In this document: in pieces, positions 16,706 through 26,063 of the stretch
Layout: every line of letters begins with the position of its first letter
Numbering within the stretch: position 1 is the stretch's first letter
Assembly (NCBI GenBank): GCA_035390665.1
Contig: DAOOUC010000009.1
Location: 1 to 26,063, forward strand
Source: an archaeon
Lineage (GTDB): Archaea > Iainarchaeota > Iainarchaeia > Iainarchaeales > CSSED10-239
Direction: 5' to 3'
Length of the DNA stretch: 26,063 bases
The notes under the pieces: model-generated
Told to the model about the DNA's origin: nothing
What the model saw: the letters and a program-made list of their open reading frames with translations, nothing else
The model's database searches: none
Program-made: the position numbers and the translations under genes

Positions 16706-18091
16706 ATGAATACTAATTTTGAAAATCAACTTGATCTTATTAAAAGATATTTAGATTCTAAAAGTCTTGATTATTATGATATTAGACTAGAAAATACTAC
16801 GTCTAATAGAATAGCAATCGAGAACAAAATAGTAAAAGATATTGGAATTAATTCTGTTAGTGGAGTTGGAATTAGAATTATAAAAAATGGAAAGCTTGGA
16901 TTTTGTTCAAGTAATAATATTGATAACTATAAACAAATAATTGATGATTGTATCTCTAATCTTAAAGGAATTGATACTAAAACTAAGTTTAAAAACTTTG
17001 CAGAAAATAAAGACAAAGTTAAAACTAAATTTACTGATTTTGAAAACAAGACTATTGATGAAAAAACAAAAGGATTACTTACAATTAACAATAAAACACT
17101 AAAATCAAAAACCAAATATAAAATACTACAATCAAATATTACTTATCTTGAAAAACTTAAACAAAAATACTTTGTAAATCCTAATTCTTTTATTTATCAA
17201 GAACAGCCACATGTTATTTTTTATTCTATGATTACTGGAAAGTCTGGAAAAACTATTGAAAATAATATGGAGAGGTTTGGAGCTTTTGGTGGTCTTGAAA
17301 AATCAGATTTTTCTGTGTTTGATGGGCTTGTTAAGAAAAACATAGCTGGAGTTTCAGAATTACTTTTAGCTAAACCTTGCCCTGCTAAGAAAACAGACAT
17401 AATATTAACACCTAACTTGGTTGATCTTTTAGCACATGAAGCCATTGGCCATGCTTCTGAAGGAGATGCTGTTACTAATCATTCTTCTGTTTTAAAACTT
17501 GGACAAGTACTAACTGAAAATAAAGAAATAACAATTGCTGATAATCCAACAATTAAAGAATTTGGGCATTATGTTTATGATGATGAAGGAATAAAAGCAA
17601 GAGAGAAAACAATTGTTAAGAAAGGAATTGTTAGTGATTATCTTCTGGATATTGAATCTGCAACTAAACTTGGTATGAAATCTAACGGAAATGCCAGAGC
17701 TGAAAGTTTTTCCTCTAAACCAATTGTTAGAATGAGTAATACTTATTTCTTAGAAGGAAAAGAAAAACTTGATAGCATACTAAAAGACTTTAATGGCTAT
17801 CTTCTTGACGGCTTTGCTGGTGGACAAGTTGATCCAAGTGTTGGAACTTTTATGTTTGGAATCAAGAAAGCTTATGAGTATAGAAATGGAAAAAAGATTG
17901 GAACTTTTAAACAAGCCTCAATTTCTGGTAATATCTTAGATTATCTAAAGAATGCTAGTGCAGTAACAAACAAGATAGGAGAATTTGGATTTGGATTCTG
18001 TGGAAAAGATGGGCAGACTGCTTTTGTTTCTGGCTCTGGTCCACATATTAAAATTGATAATGCTGTATTAGGGGGAACCAAACATGAGTAA
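16706..18091 (+). CDS. tldD: TldD-family metalloprotease
   Basis: HExxxH motif in 'LLAHEAIGHASEGDAV', 'FSSKPIVRMSNTYF', 'GGQVDPSVGTFMFG'. The ATG at 16706 (MNTNFENQ) is a likely start, 24 nt inside the tracked ORF. Confidence 0.92.
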   Translation: MNTNFENQLDLIKRYLDSKSLDYYDIRLENTTSNRIAIENKIVKDIGINSVSGVGIRIIKNGKLGFCSSNNIDNYKQIIDDCISNLKGIDTKTKFKNFAENKDKVKTKFTDFENKTIDEKTKGLLTINNKTLKSKTKYKILQSNITYLEKLKQKYFVNPNSFIYQEQPHVIFYSMITGKSGKTIENNMERFGAFGGLEKSDFSVFDGLVKKNIAGVSELLLAKPCPAKKTDIILTPNLVDLLAHEAIGHASEGDAVTNHSSVLKLGQVLTENKEITIADNPTIKEFGHYVYDDEGIKAREKTIVKKGIVSDYLLDIESATKLGMKSNGNARAESFSSKPIVRMSNTYFLEGKEKLDSILKDFNGYLLDGFAGGQVDPSVGTFMFGIKKAYEYRNGKKIGTFKQASISGNILDYLKNASAVTNKIGEFGFGFCGKDGQTAFVSGSGPHIKIDNAVLGGTKHE

Positions 18092-19379
18092 GGAAATATT
18101 TGATTTATGTCAAATAATAGCACGAGAAGAAAAAGTTGAGTTTCTTTATAGTGATGGATATTCTAAGAATATTAGAATAAATGGATTTGGTCTCTCAAAG
18201 ATTAGTAATCAAGAAGCTTCTGGTCTTTTGATTAGAGTTATTGTTAATGGTTATTCTGGTTTTACAACAATAACAAACATAACTGAAAAAAACATAAGAA
18301 TTGGAATAGATAAGGCTAAGAGAATTGCAAAACTTAAGAAAGGAACAAAAATTGTTGATTTTGGAAATAATGTTTCCAAAATAAAAACAAAACAAGACAA
18401 AGACATTCTTAATTTTGATATCTCTAGTAAATTTAAAGAAATTAAAAGTAACCTAACTAAAGAAAAACACATTAAAAGCTATGAAGGCGGATTAACTTGG
18501 AATAAAGGATATTCTTTTTATATTAACCCTTATACCTTTAAAGAAGACCTTCATGCAGTTACTTCCTTTGGGCTTATGGTTAACACTTTAGATAAGAGGC
18601 CATCTAGTGCTTCAGCATCACAAGTTTTTACAAAAGTAAAAGACATTGATTATGTTTCTGTTATTGATGAGGCTAAAAAAGAAGCAAAAACTACTTTAAA
18701 TCCTAAACAAGGAGAAAAAGGAGAATATGATTTAATATTTAGTTTTGATGCAACTGCTAGTATTCTTTCTAGTTTTATAATTCACCCAACTATTGGAGAA
18801 CTAATGTTTAAGAAACAAAGTTATCTTTCTAGTAGTCTTGGTAAATCTGTTTTTTCTAAGAACCTAACAATTACTGAAGATCCTTTTTTAGATTATTTTT
18901 CACACTCAGAAAGTATTGACGATGAAGGATTTAAGACAAGCAAGAAAGACATAATAAAGAACGGAAAATTTAATACATCCATTTACGATCAAGAATATTC
19001 TATTCTAGCTGGAAAGAAACCAACAGGTAATGGCTTTAGAGACGGGATTTATTCTCCAGTAACTTGTAACTTTACAAACCTTGTTGTCTCTCCAGGTAAG
19101 ACAAAGAAAGAAGACATTATCTCTAAGACTAAAAAAGGAATATATGTCTATGACGTGATGGGGATACACACAAGCAACATGACAAGTGGGGAATTCTCAT
19201 TAACCATTAATTCTGGAAAAGAAATAATTAATGGGAAATATAAAGACACAATCACTAACCTTAACTTTACTGGAAATGCTAGTGAGATGTTTAAGACACT
19301 TGAGATGTCAAAAGAACTGAAATTCTTTGGTTCTGCGATTGTTCCTGAGATGGTAATCCCTAAGGTCAAATTAATTTAA
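18084..19379 (+). CDS. TldE/PmbA-family partner
   Basis: TldE-like N-terminus and 'PTIGELMFKKQSYLSSSLGKSVFSKNLTITEDP', 'GIYVYDVMGIHTSNMTSGEFSLTINSG'; lacks HExxxH; overlaps tldD by 8 nt. Confidence 0.92.
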   Translation: MSKEIFDLCQIIAREEKVEFLYSDGYSKNIRINGFGLSKISNQEASGLLIRVIVNGYSGFTTITNITEKNIRIGIDKAKRIAKLKKGTKIVDFGNNVSKIKTKQDKDILNFDISSKFKEIKSNLTKEKHIKSYEGGLTWNKGYSFYINPYTFKEDLHAVTSFGLMVNTLDKRPSSASASQVFTKVKDIDYVSVIDEAKKEAKTTLNPKQGEKGEYDLIFSFDATASILSSFIIHPTIGELMFKKQSYLSSSLGKSVFSKNLTITEDPFLDYFSHSESIDDEGFKTSKKDIIKNGKFNTSIYDQEYSILAGKKPTGNGFRDGIYSPVTCNFTNLVVSPGKTKKEDIISKTKKGIYVYDVMGIHTSNMTSGEFSLTINSGKEIINGKYKDTITNLNFTGNASEMFKTLEMSKELKFFGSAIVPEMVIPKVKLI

Positions 19380-19395
19380 ATAAAAATGATTTACA

Positions 19396-20340
19396 GTGAT
19401 AGACAAATTAATTTCAAATTACTATCTAACAAAATATAAATTTTATTCTTTTTTAAAAGGAATAAAGATTATTAGGAATAACAATTATTTCACGCTTATT
19501 AAAAATAACAAAAAATTAATTGTTAAGAAAAAAGAACTAACTTGGAGAAATCCATTAACTATTAAAAATAATTTTGATAAAATAAAAGTGGAATATAAGA
19601 ATCTAAACCAGGCAATTAATCTTTTTGATAAACTTTTTTCTTATTCTGTTTCTAAAACAGAAATTGATTTAACAAAAGACTTTGAAATTAATTTTTTCGG
19701 AAAAACTATCACCACTGATTTTGAACAATTTAAAGAAATAGAATATGGAATCTTGTGGTATAATAAACACTATAAACTAAAAGTTGGAGATGTTGTCTTT
19801 GATCTTGGAGGATATCACGGACTCTATTCGATTTTTGCATCATCTGTCGTTGGACCTAATGGAAAGATTTATTGTTTTGAGCCAGACAAAGACAATTTAG
19901 AAATCTTAAATAAAAATATTAAAGATAATAATTTAAAAAACATAATTGTAGAACCATTTGCAATCTCTAATAAAACCGGAGAAACCCAATTTTTTAAAAG
20001 AGGGCACGGGTCAAGAATTGTATCCTCTGACTTTAAAACAAACACAAAAAACGCAATAATCACAATCCGAACAATAAGACTATCAGACTATATAAGAAAC
20101 AACAAAATCCAGAAAATTGACTTTATCAAAGCAGACATAGAAGGAGCAGAGATTGAATTTGTTGAAGACTATCTAAAAAATATTTTGCCACTTGATATAA
20201 AGCCACGCATGGCAATAGCAAGTTATCACTACAGAAAAGACCTTGGCACAAACACCAGTAAACAAATTGCAAAAGAATTTAAAGACAAAGGAATAAAAGT
20301 AAATATAGGGAACCAAAAACACCTATGTGTTTTTGTTTAA
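19396..20340 (+). CDS. FkbM-family SAM-dependent methyltransferase
   Basis: 'GDVVFDLGGYHGLYSIFASSVVGPNGKIYCFEPDKDN' and 'KIDFIKADIEGAEIEFVE'. Confidence 0.88.
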   Translation: MIDKLISNYYLTKYKFYSFLKGIKIIRNNNYFTLIKNNKKLIVKKKELTWRNPLTIKNNFDKIKVEYKNLNQAINLFDKLFSYSVSKTEIDLTKDFEINFFGKTITTDFEQFKEIEYGILWYNKHYKLKVGDVVFDLGGYHGLYSIFASSVVGPNGKIYCFEPDKDNLEILNKNIKDNNLKNIIVEPFAISNKTGETQFFKRGHGSRIVSSDFKTNTKNAIITIRTIRLSDYIRNNKIQKIDFIKADIEGAEIEFVEDYLKNILPLDIKPRMAIASYHYRKDLGTNTSKQIAKEFKDKGIKVNIGNQKHLCVFV

Positions 20341-20344
20341 TAAA

Positions 20345-21070
20345 TCACAACTTTTTTGCAACAATAATCATTGATGGAGAAAAATACTTGTTAGGCCATT
20401 TTATAAAAAAATTGATAATTCTAGCAATTATACTTAATGGATAAACTATTAATTTTGTTAATATGTTTTTATCTTTAATATCTTTCAATCCAAAATATAT
20501 GGTATTATAATAGTTGGCATATATTATTTTTAAATTCTCTTTTTCAATAATAATTTTAAGTTTCTCTAGATCCATAATTTCTAAATTGTGATTAAAAAGT
20601 GTTTTTCTATCAAAAAGATAATAGAACCAATATGTGGCATATCTGAAATTAGGAATTTCTAAAACTAAATAACCTTCTTTTTTAATTAAATCTATTTGTT
20701 TTTTAATTATTTTTTCAGGATTATGAAAATGTTCTATAAATCCAAAAGAACACACTACATCAAATTGAATACGAGGACTCCATTTAAAAAAATCAGATTT
20801 ATATAACTTATAATCCTTAACTCTATTATAATCTAAATTATTTTTTGTAAATCTAATTTTTTCACTATAATCTATACCATAAACTTTATATTTAAATATT
20901 TTGTTAAAATAAATCATATAATTCCCGGGAACACACCCTATTTCTAAAAAAGTTTTTTTTGTTTTTGGTAAATATCTATATAATATGTCACTATAAAGCA
21001 CAGTTTCTACTCTTTTTTTACTTAGCCCAGACCAATATCCGTCCCAATAATTTTTAGTTGTTAGTTTCAT
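20345..21070 (-). CDS. SAM-dependent methyltransferase (class I)
   Basis: 'TFLEIGCVPGNYMIYFNKIFKYKVYGIDYSE', 'FDVVCSFGFIEHFHNPEKII', 'KKEGYLVLEIPNF'. Confidence 0.85.
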   Translation of the reverse strand: MKLTTKNYWDGYWSGLSKKRVETVLYSDILYRYLPKTKKTFLEIGCVPGNYMIYFNKIFKYKVYGIDYSEKIRFTKNNLDYNRVKDYKLYKSDFFKWSPRIQFDVVCSFGFIEHFHNPEKIIKKQIDLIKKEGYLVLEIPNFRYATYWFYYLFDRKTLFNHNLEIMDLEKLKIIIEKENLKIIYANYYNTIYFGLKDIKDKNILTKLIVYPLSIIARIINFFIKWPNKYFSPSMIIVAKKL

Positions 21071-21076
21071 TTTTAT

Positions 21077-22048
21077 TTACCTTAAAGTGTTATTAAAAAA
21101 AGAAATATCTTTATTTTTAATTTTCTTTAAATTAATTAAAACATAAAATTGTGCACAAAATAGATACCAAATATTTTTTAAATTAAAATTAAATAAATAT
21201 ATAATAAAATTTTTCAATATTCTTCCGAATTTACTCCAAATAAATATTAAGGTGTTCTCGAAATACCCTCCAAAATGAATATTAAATAAATATATATCGT
21301 AAACGGCTTCCATATATATTAAATCTTTTTTTGGCATTCTCACATTTGTTGTACCTTCGTGAAAATAACGCGCCTTTCCGGTTAAAAACAAAGTATTTGG
21401 ATATTTTTTATATATTCTGTGAGATAAATCAATATCTTCGTTCCAACAATATTTCTTTAAATTATTATCCGGTTTTATTTTTAACAATATGCTCTTTTTG
21501 AATGTAGATTGCCCAGATAACCACATACAAGGAATTATCTTATTTTTTATATTTAATGGATAAGTATTTCCTAAAGACGGCCACAAATTACAATAATCAT
21601 TAGTATTTGCTGATATTAAGAATATACGATTATATATCTTTGTTATTTTATTTAATAATGCGTTTTTCCTTTTGATAGTATTAAACCCCATAACCCCTAA
21701 TGCGTCCGAGTTTTTATCAAATACTTCTAATATAAATTTATAATAATCCTTTTCAATAATCATATCATCATCTATAATGGATATTAAATTGCCTTTTGCT
21801 AACTGTATGCCCTTGTTTTTTCCAACAGTTAAACTATTTTCATCAGATTCTACATATATGATATTAATTTTTTGTGCGCGCTTATCTAATTTAATCTTCT
21901 TACATAGATTTTTAACAAATTCTAATTTGCCATTATCTATTATTATTAATTCCTTTGGCAGAATTGTTTGATTCAAAATTGCATATATACAATCTTCTAA
22001 TTCTTTTTGTCTTTTATAGGTTACTATTATCGTAGTTATAGAATACAT
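21077..22048 (-). CDS. GT2-family glycosyltransferase
   Basis: 'TTIIVTYKRQKELEDCIYAILNQTILPKELIIIDNG', 'NKGIQLAKGNLISIIDDDMIIEKDY' (DDD), 'CWNEDIDLSHRIYKKY'. Confidence 0.9.
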   Translation of the reverse strand: MYSITTIIVTYKRQKELEDCIYAILNQTILPKELIIIDNGKLEFVKNLCKKIKLDKRAQKINIIYVESDENSLTVGKNKGIQLAKGNLISIIDDDMIIEKDYYKFILEVFDKNSDALGVMGFNTIKRKNALLNKITKIYNRIFLISANTNDYCNLWPSLGNTYPLNIKNKIIPCMWLSGQSTFKKSILLKIKPDNNLKKYCWNEDIDLSHRIYKKYPNTLFLTGKARYFHEGTTNVRMPKKDLIYMEAVYDIYLFNIHFGGYFENTLIFIWSKFGRILKNFIIYLFNFNLKNIWYLFCAQFYVLINLKKIKNKDISFFNNTLR

Positions 22049-22049
22049 A

Positions 22050-22808
22050 TTAATACTTCCAAATCAAATAAATTATTTTATAATATCTATAATTTTTTTC
22101 AGTTAATGGCTCTAATTTTATTTTAGAAATTTCATATTTCTTAAAAAAAAGAGAAGATAATTTATCTTTTAAAATTTCTTTATTCAAAAATTTAGTTCTT
22201 AATATATTTAAAGTTTTATTGGACAAATTAAATGTTTTAAAAATTTTTCGAGCCTTATTTTTAAATATAGTAAAAATCGTTTCTTTTTTAATTAAAAAAA
22301 CGCCATAAATTTCTAGATTATTATATTCTTTTTTAAGGTCTATAGGATTATAATAATATTTTCCCAAATCGCTTTTTTTAAATCCATCTTCGCGAAAAGC
22401 ATTGGGAATTTCTACAATTATTGTTCCATTAGAATTTAACCTTTTCTTTGCATTTTTAAGAAATTTATCCAATTTAATGTACTGTAATACTTGCATTGCT
22501 GAAATTACATCATATTTTCGTTTGTGTTTAAATTTTAGAAAATCGCAACATTCAAAATCAATTTTATTTGCATTTTTTTTAGAAATATTTTTTTTAGATT
22601 CTAATATATTTTCTTTATCGATATCAATAGCGTATATTTTCTTAATATTTTGATTTAACAAATAGTTTAATCCTAATCCGGATCCACACCCTACATCTAA
22701 AAGAGTTTTATCTTTAGAATATCTTTTAATTAATTCATACCTTTTTCCAATAATTTGTAATTCTTCTTTAGTATATGCTCGATTAATTGTCTCGGCTTCT
22801 AAACCCAT
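22050..22808 (-). CDS. SAM-dependent methyltransferase (class I)
   Basis: 'TLLDVGCGSGLGLNYLLNQNIKKIYAIDID', 'YDVISAMQVLQYIKLDKFLKNAKKRLNSNGTIIVEIPN'. Confidence 0.87.
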   Translation of the reverse strand: MGLEAETINRAYTKEELQIIGKRYELIKRYSKDKTLLDVGCGSGLGLNYLLNQNIKKIYAIDIDKENILESKKNISKKNANKIDFECCDFLKFKHKRKYDVISAMQVLQYIKLDKFLKNAKKRLNSNGTIIVEIPNAFREDGFKKSDLGKYYYNPIDLKKEYNNLEIYGVFLIKKETIFTIFKNKARKIFKTFNLSNKTLNILRTKFLNKEILKDKLSSLFFKKYEISKIKLEPLTEKNYRYYKIIYLIWKY

Positions 22809-22812
22809 TATA

Positions 22813-23961
22813 TCACTTCTTTTTGTAAAAATTTTGTATTATCTTAATTACATAATCTATTTGTTTATTTGCTAATTCAGGATACATTGGCAAAGAAATT
22901 ACTTCATTGGATATCTTTTCAGTAATAGGAAGTTTAAATTTATGTAATTCTGTTAATGCCTTCTGTTTATGATTTGGTATTCTCCAAGAAACTATTGTTT
23001 CCACACCACTTTTATTTAAATAATCATTTAACTTATCTCTTTTACCGTCTTTTACTCTTATCACATAATTTTGGTAAACATCATAATAATCTCCATTACT
23101 TGGTGCAGGAGGACAAACTATTTCTTTTAATCTTGATAATTCTTTATTATATCGGTTTGCAATCTCTCTTCTTCGTTTTATTGCTTTATCAAAATGTTTT
23201 AATTTAATTAGTAAAAATGCCGCATCCTTATTATCTAAAATAGAATTACCACCAATACAATGAATGTCTTTAGGGTCTGCCTTAATATTAAACATTCTTT
23301 GTACATATCCTGGGTATAATCCGTGATCTCTTAGTAAATATAATTTTTTCGCAAGCTCTTTATCTGTAGTTATTGCCATCCCGCCTTCTCCTTGAGAACC
23401 CAATACTTTTGCTGGGTAAAAACTATAACAACTAACATCTCCATAATGTCCTTTGCCTTTAAATTTAGCACCCGCGGCTTGTGCAGAATCTTCAACTACA
23501 AATAAATTATACTTTTTTGCAATTTTCATTATTTTTTCCATATTACACATTCTGCCATTTAAGTGAACTGGAATTATTGCTTTTGTTCTTTTAGTTATTA
23601 CTTTTTCAATTAGAGATTCATCCATGTTGTGATCTGTTTCTTTAACATCTATTAAAACTGGTGTTGCCCCCAATCTGCAGATGACGTCAATTGTAGCTAC
23701 AAATGTGTGAGACACAGTTATTACTTCATCTCCTGGACCTATGCCTCTAGCCCATAACGCGATATGTAATGCACCAGTACAACTGTCTGTACCTATACCA
23801 TATTTTGAATCATTCATTTTAGCTAGTTTATCTTCAAAATCTTGTAATTCTTTTTGAAAAATATAAGCACCTCTTTCATCACAACTACTATATGCCTTAT
23901 CAAATTCTTTTTTGTGATCTTTATATTGTTTTATGTATCCTACGAATGGAACTTTATACAT
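22813..23961 (-). CDS. DegT/DnrJ/EryC1/StrS-family PLP-dependent sugar aminotransferase
   Basis: 'GTDSCTGALHIALWARGIGPGDEVITVSHTFVATIDVICRLGATPVLIDV', 'VVEDSAQAAGAKFKGKGHYGDVSCYSFYPAKVLGSQGEGGMAITTD' retains the PLP lysine region. A GGAG motif lies just upstream of the ATG. Confidence 0.94.
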   Translation of the reverse strand: MYKVPFVGYIKQYKDHKKEFDKAYSSCDERGAYIFQKELQDFEDKLAKMNDSKYGIGTDSCTGALHIALWARGIGPGDEVITVSHTFVATIDVICRLGATPVLIDVKETDHNMDESLIEKVITKRTKAIIPVHLNGRMCNMEKIMKIAKKYNLFVVEDSAQAAGAKFKGKGHYGDVSCYSFYPAKVLGSQGEGGMAITTDKELAKKLYLLRDHGLYPGYVQRMFNIKADPKDIHCIGGNSILDNKDAAFLLIKLKHFDKAIKRRREIANRYNKELSRLKEIVCPPAPSNGDYYDVYQNYVIRVKDGKRDKLNDYLNKSGVETIVSWRIPNHKQKALTELHKFKLPITEKISNEVISLPMYPELANKQIDYVIKIIQNFYKKK

Positions 23962-23962
23962 C

Positions 23963-25933
23963 TTAATCTCCTTTAAATTTTTTTAAAATTATATTTTTTA
24001 TTTTTTCAGAGTTAACAAAATATTCTTTCTCTAAAATTGAATTTGCTGGAGCTGGCGTGTCTGGTAAACATAATCTATAAATTGGATTTTTTAATTTCTT
24101 AAAAACTTCGCTTTCAGAAATCACTGCTGCAACTTCACTAGAAAAACCATTTGTTTTCCAACCGCCATCTACAATTAATACATTCTTTGTTTTACTTACT
24201 GAGTTAATTATTGTTTTTTTATCTAATGGTTTAATGGTTCTTACATCTATTATTTCACAAGATGCATTTTTTAATTCATTTGTGGCTTTTAGACACTCTG
24301 TAACTAAATATGAATTCGATATAATGGTTAAATCAGTCCCTGTTTTTACAATTTTTGCTAAACCTATTGGAATTTGTGGAGTGTTTATAGGAACTTTTGA
24401 CTTTGTATTATATAACCATTTATCGTCTATTAAGATTACTGGATTTGGATCATCAACTGATGAAACTAACAATCCGCTTACATCTGTTGCATTACTTGGC
24501 GCGACTACTTTTAATCCAGGAACATGCGCAAACATGCCATGTAATGATTGAGAATGTTGAGCACCCTGCTCCCCGCCGCGATTAATTATTGCTTGTATCG
24601 TTATGTTACAACTTAATCTGTCACCAAACATATAATTCCAATTAGATGCTAAATTAATTAATGGATCAAACGATAAATACATAAAATCGTGCCTTGCTTG
24701 TATCAATATAGGTTTTGTCCCAGAAAGACCTGCGCCTACACAAATTCCTGTAACTGCATTTTCTGAAATTGGGCAATCTATAATTCTATTCTCACCATAT
24801 TTTTTTATTAATCCATTAACACAACCACCAACATACCATGGACTTTTGATACCTATACCTATCAGGAAAGTATTTTTGTCTTTATTTAACAGAAAATCAT
24901 AAGTATCTCTTATTGCTTGTTCATAAGTTTTTTCTATTTGTTTTAAATTTCTTTTTTCTTTTGGAATTTTTGAAATATTTGAAAAAACATCTTTATAAGT
25001 GTCCTCAGGATTTGGCTTTGGTGCTTTCTCTGCCCAATTTATAATTTTGTCAATTTTTGAATATAGTTTATTATATCTTTCATCTATTTCTTTATTAGAA
25101 ATATTATATTTTTTTTGTAAATTCTTTATAGGGCATTTACTTATCCAGTAGTCTAATTCTTTTTTACTCCTTAACCCCATATCTAAATCGTTGTTTGGAC
25201 CAACATGTCCCCTTATTCTGTAAGTTATTGCTTCTATAAATATTGGACCTTGCCCTTTTGCAATTAATTTCTTTGCTTTTTTAAAAGTATTACTCACTTC
25301 CTCTACATTGTTTCCATCAATCAAAAAAGAGATTATCCCAAAAGATCTTGCTTTTTTACAAAGGTCAGTATCTGCAAATATACTTTTTAGTGGCATGTGA
25401 GTACTGTATCCATTATTTTCGCAAACTAAAACAAATGGCAATTTGTGTATTTTTGAAAAATTAAGAACTTCATAAACTATCCCTTCATTCATTGCGCCAT
25501 CTCCCACAAAAGAAACGGCAATGTTTTTTTGTTTTTTTATTTTATTTGCAAGCGCAACTCCTGCTCCTAGTGCTGGAGAACTACCTACAATTGCAGAACT
25601 ACCAAAAAAACCCATTTCTGGATATATTAAATGCATGCTTCCGCCTTTTCCTCGAGAACATCCCAATTTACTTGTAAAAATCTCTGCAGTAATGCCTTTT
25701 ATGTCGTTTGTTTTTGCAAGATAATGAGCATGTGATCGGTGATTACTAAAAATAATATCGTTTTTACTTAAATTAGAACAAACACCTACCGCTATTGCTT
25801 CTTCTCCTTCAGCTAAATGAACAGGTGTTTTTATCTTTTTATTTTTAGATAAATCTGCAATTCTGTTTTCAAAACACCTAATTAAGATCATCTGATCTAA
25901 ATAATTAATTATTTCTTTTTTTATTTTAGTCAT
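23963..25933 (-). CDS. Single-chain fused TPP-dependent dehydrogenase/transketolase-like E1 (alpha + beta) enzyme
   Basis: Alpha half: 'EGEEAIAVGVCSNLSKNDIIFSNHRSHAHYLAK', TPP motif 'GDGAMNEGIVYEVLNFSKIHKLPFVLVCENN'. Beta half: 'DCPISENAVTGICVGAGLSGTKPI', 'QSLHGMFAHVPGLKVVAPS', 'VLIVDGGW'. The ATG at 25933 (MTKIKKE) looks better than the tracked 25960 start. Confidence 0.9.
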   Translation of the reverse strand: MTKIKKEIINYLDQMILIRCFENRIADLSKNKKIKTPVHLAEGEEAIAVGVCSNLSKNDIIFSNHRSHAHYLAKTNDIKGITAEIFTSKLGCSRGKGGSMHLIYPEMGFFGSSAIVGSSPALGAGVALANKIKKQKNIAVSFVGDGAMNEGIVYEVLNFSKIHKLPFVLVCENNGYSTHMPLKSIFADTDLCKKARSFGIISFLIDGNNVEEVSNTFKKAKKLIAKGQGPIFIEAITYRIRGHVGPNNDLDMGLRSKKELDYWISKCPIKNLQKKYNISNKEIDERYNKLYSKIDKIINWAEKAPKPNPEDTYKDVFSNISKIPKEKRNLKQIEKTYEQAIRDTYDFLLNKDKNTFLIGIGIKSPWYVGGCVNGLIKKYGENRIIDCPISENAVTGICVGAGLSGTKPILIQARHDFMYLSFDPLINLASNWNYMFGDRLSCNITIQAIINRGGEQGAQHSQSLHGMFAHVPGLKVVAPSNATDVSGLLVSSVDDPNPVILIDDKWLYNTKSKVPINTPQIPIGLAKIVKTGTDLTIISNSYLVTECLKATNELKNASCEIIDVRTIKPLDKKTIINSVSKTKNVLIVDGGWKTNGFSSEVAAVISESEVFKKLKNPIYRLCLPDTPAPANSILEKEYFVNSEKIKNIILKKFKGD

Positions 25934-26063
25934 ACATTTTGAACCATTTAGTATATTCATTCAACCCTTTTTCAATATCATATTTAGGAGTCCACCCCAA
26001 TAATTTATTTGCTTTAGAAAAATCAGCAACTAACTGGTGGACTTCTCCAATTCTTGCAGAGAC
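25926..26063 (-). CDS. C-terminus of an NAD-dependent sugar epimerase/dehydratase (SDR), continuing beyond the window
   Basis: Minus strand from the right edge reads VSARIGEVHQLVADFSKANKLLGWTPKYDIEKGLNEYTKWFKMYD*, the usual 'GEV..L.aD.skA...LGW.Pk...eeGL' ending; overlaps the E1 start by 8 nt. Confidence 0.82.
   Translation of the reverse strand, partial: VSARIGEVHQLVADFSKANKLLGWTPKYDIEKGLNEYTKWFKMYD

Noticed and set aside
17941-18472. Minus-strand ORFs opposite the tldD/tldE junction
   Set aside because: Shadow ORFs opposite conserved TldD/TldE sequence.
22813-23961. Possibility that the DegT protein is a non-aminating paralog
   Set aside because: The PLP-lysine region (SFYPAKVLGSQGEGG) is retained, so the aminotransferase call stands.
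24234-25724. Plus-strand ORFs opposite the E1 fusion gene (24234-24551, 24397-24585, 25492-25677, 25521-25724)
   Set aside because: Antisense to strongly conserved TPP-enzyme motifs; no independent support.
1-26063. CRISPR array or Cas/defence island
   Set aside because: No regularly spaced repeats noticed and no Cas, integrase, transposase or reverse transcriptase motifs in any long ORF; the XPD-like helicase alone is not evidence of a defence system.

Overview
The window is AT-rich and very probably comes from an archaeon, plausibly a DPANN lineage. The archaea-specific GatD/GatE amidotransferase pair, an XPD-like helicase, Lrp/AsnC regulators and archaeal TATA-like boxes support this; the lineage is inferred. 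Most of it is ordinary core content: TrpRS, tRNA-Gln(CUG), a HAD nucleotidase-like protein, a CNNM/CBS transporter, a HIT protein, MetRS, GatE/GatD, GtrA and TldD/TldE. From about 19.4 kb to the right edge there is a surface-glycan or sugar-modification block: an FkbM methyltransferase, two SAM methyltransferases, a GT2 glycosyltransferase, a DegT/AHBA aminotransferase, a single-chain fused E1 alpha/beta TPP enzyme and the C-terminus of an SDR sugar epimerase. Best candidates for something under-described: (1) a three-ORF toxin-antitoxin locus in which the RelE-like toxin overlaps by ATGA a 47-aa ORF, absent from the supplied ORF track, that resembles only the C-terminal half of the upstream RHH antitoxin; (2) a duplicated-Lrp regulator divergent from an orphan 517-aa protein, with a perfect TCACAAAA/TTTTGTGA palindrome between two TATA-like boxes; (3) the fused E1 enzyme embedded in a sugar operon without visible E2/E3. 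No CRISPR array, integrase or transposase was seen.
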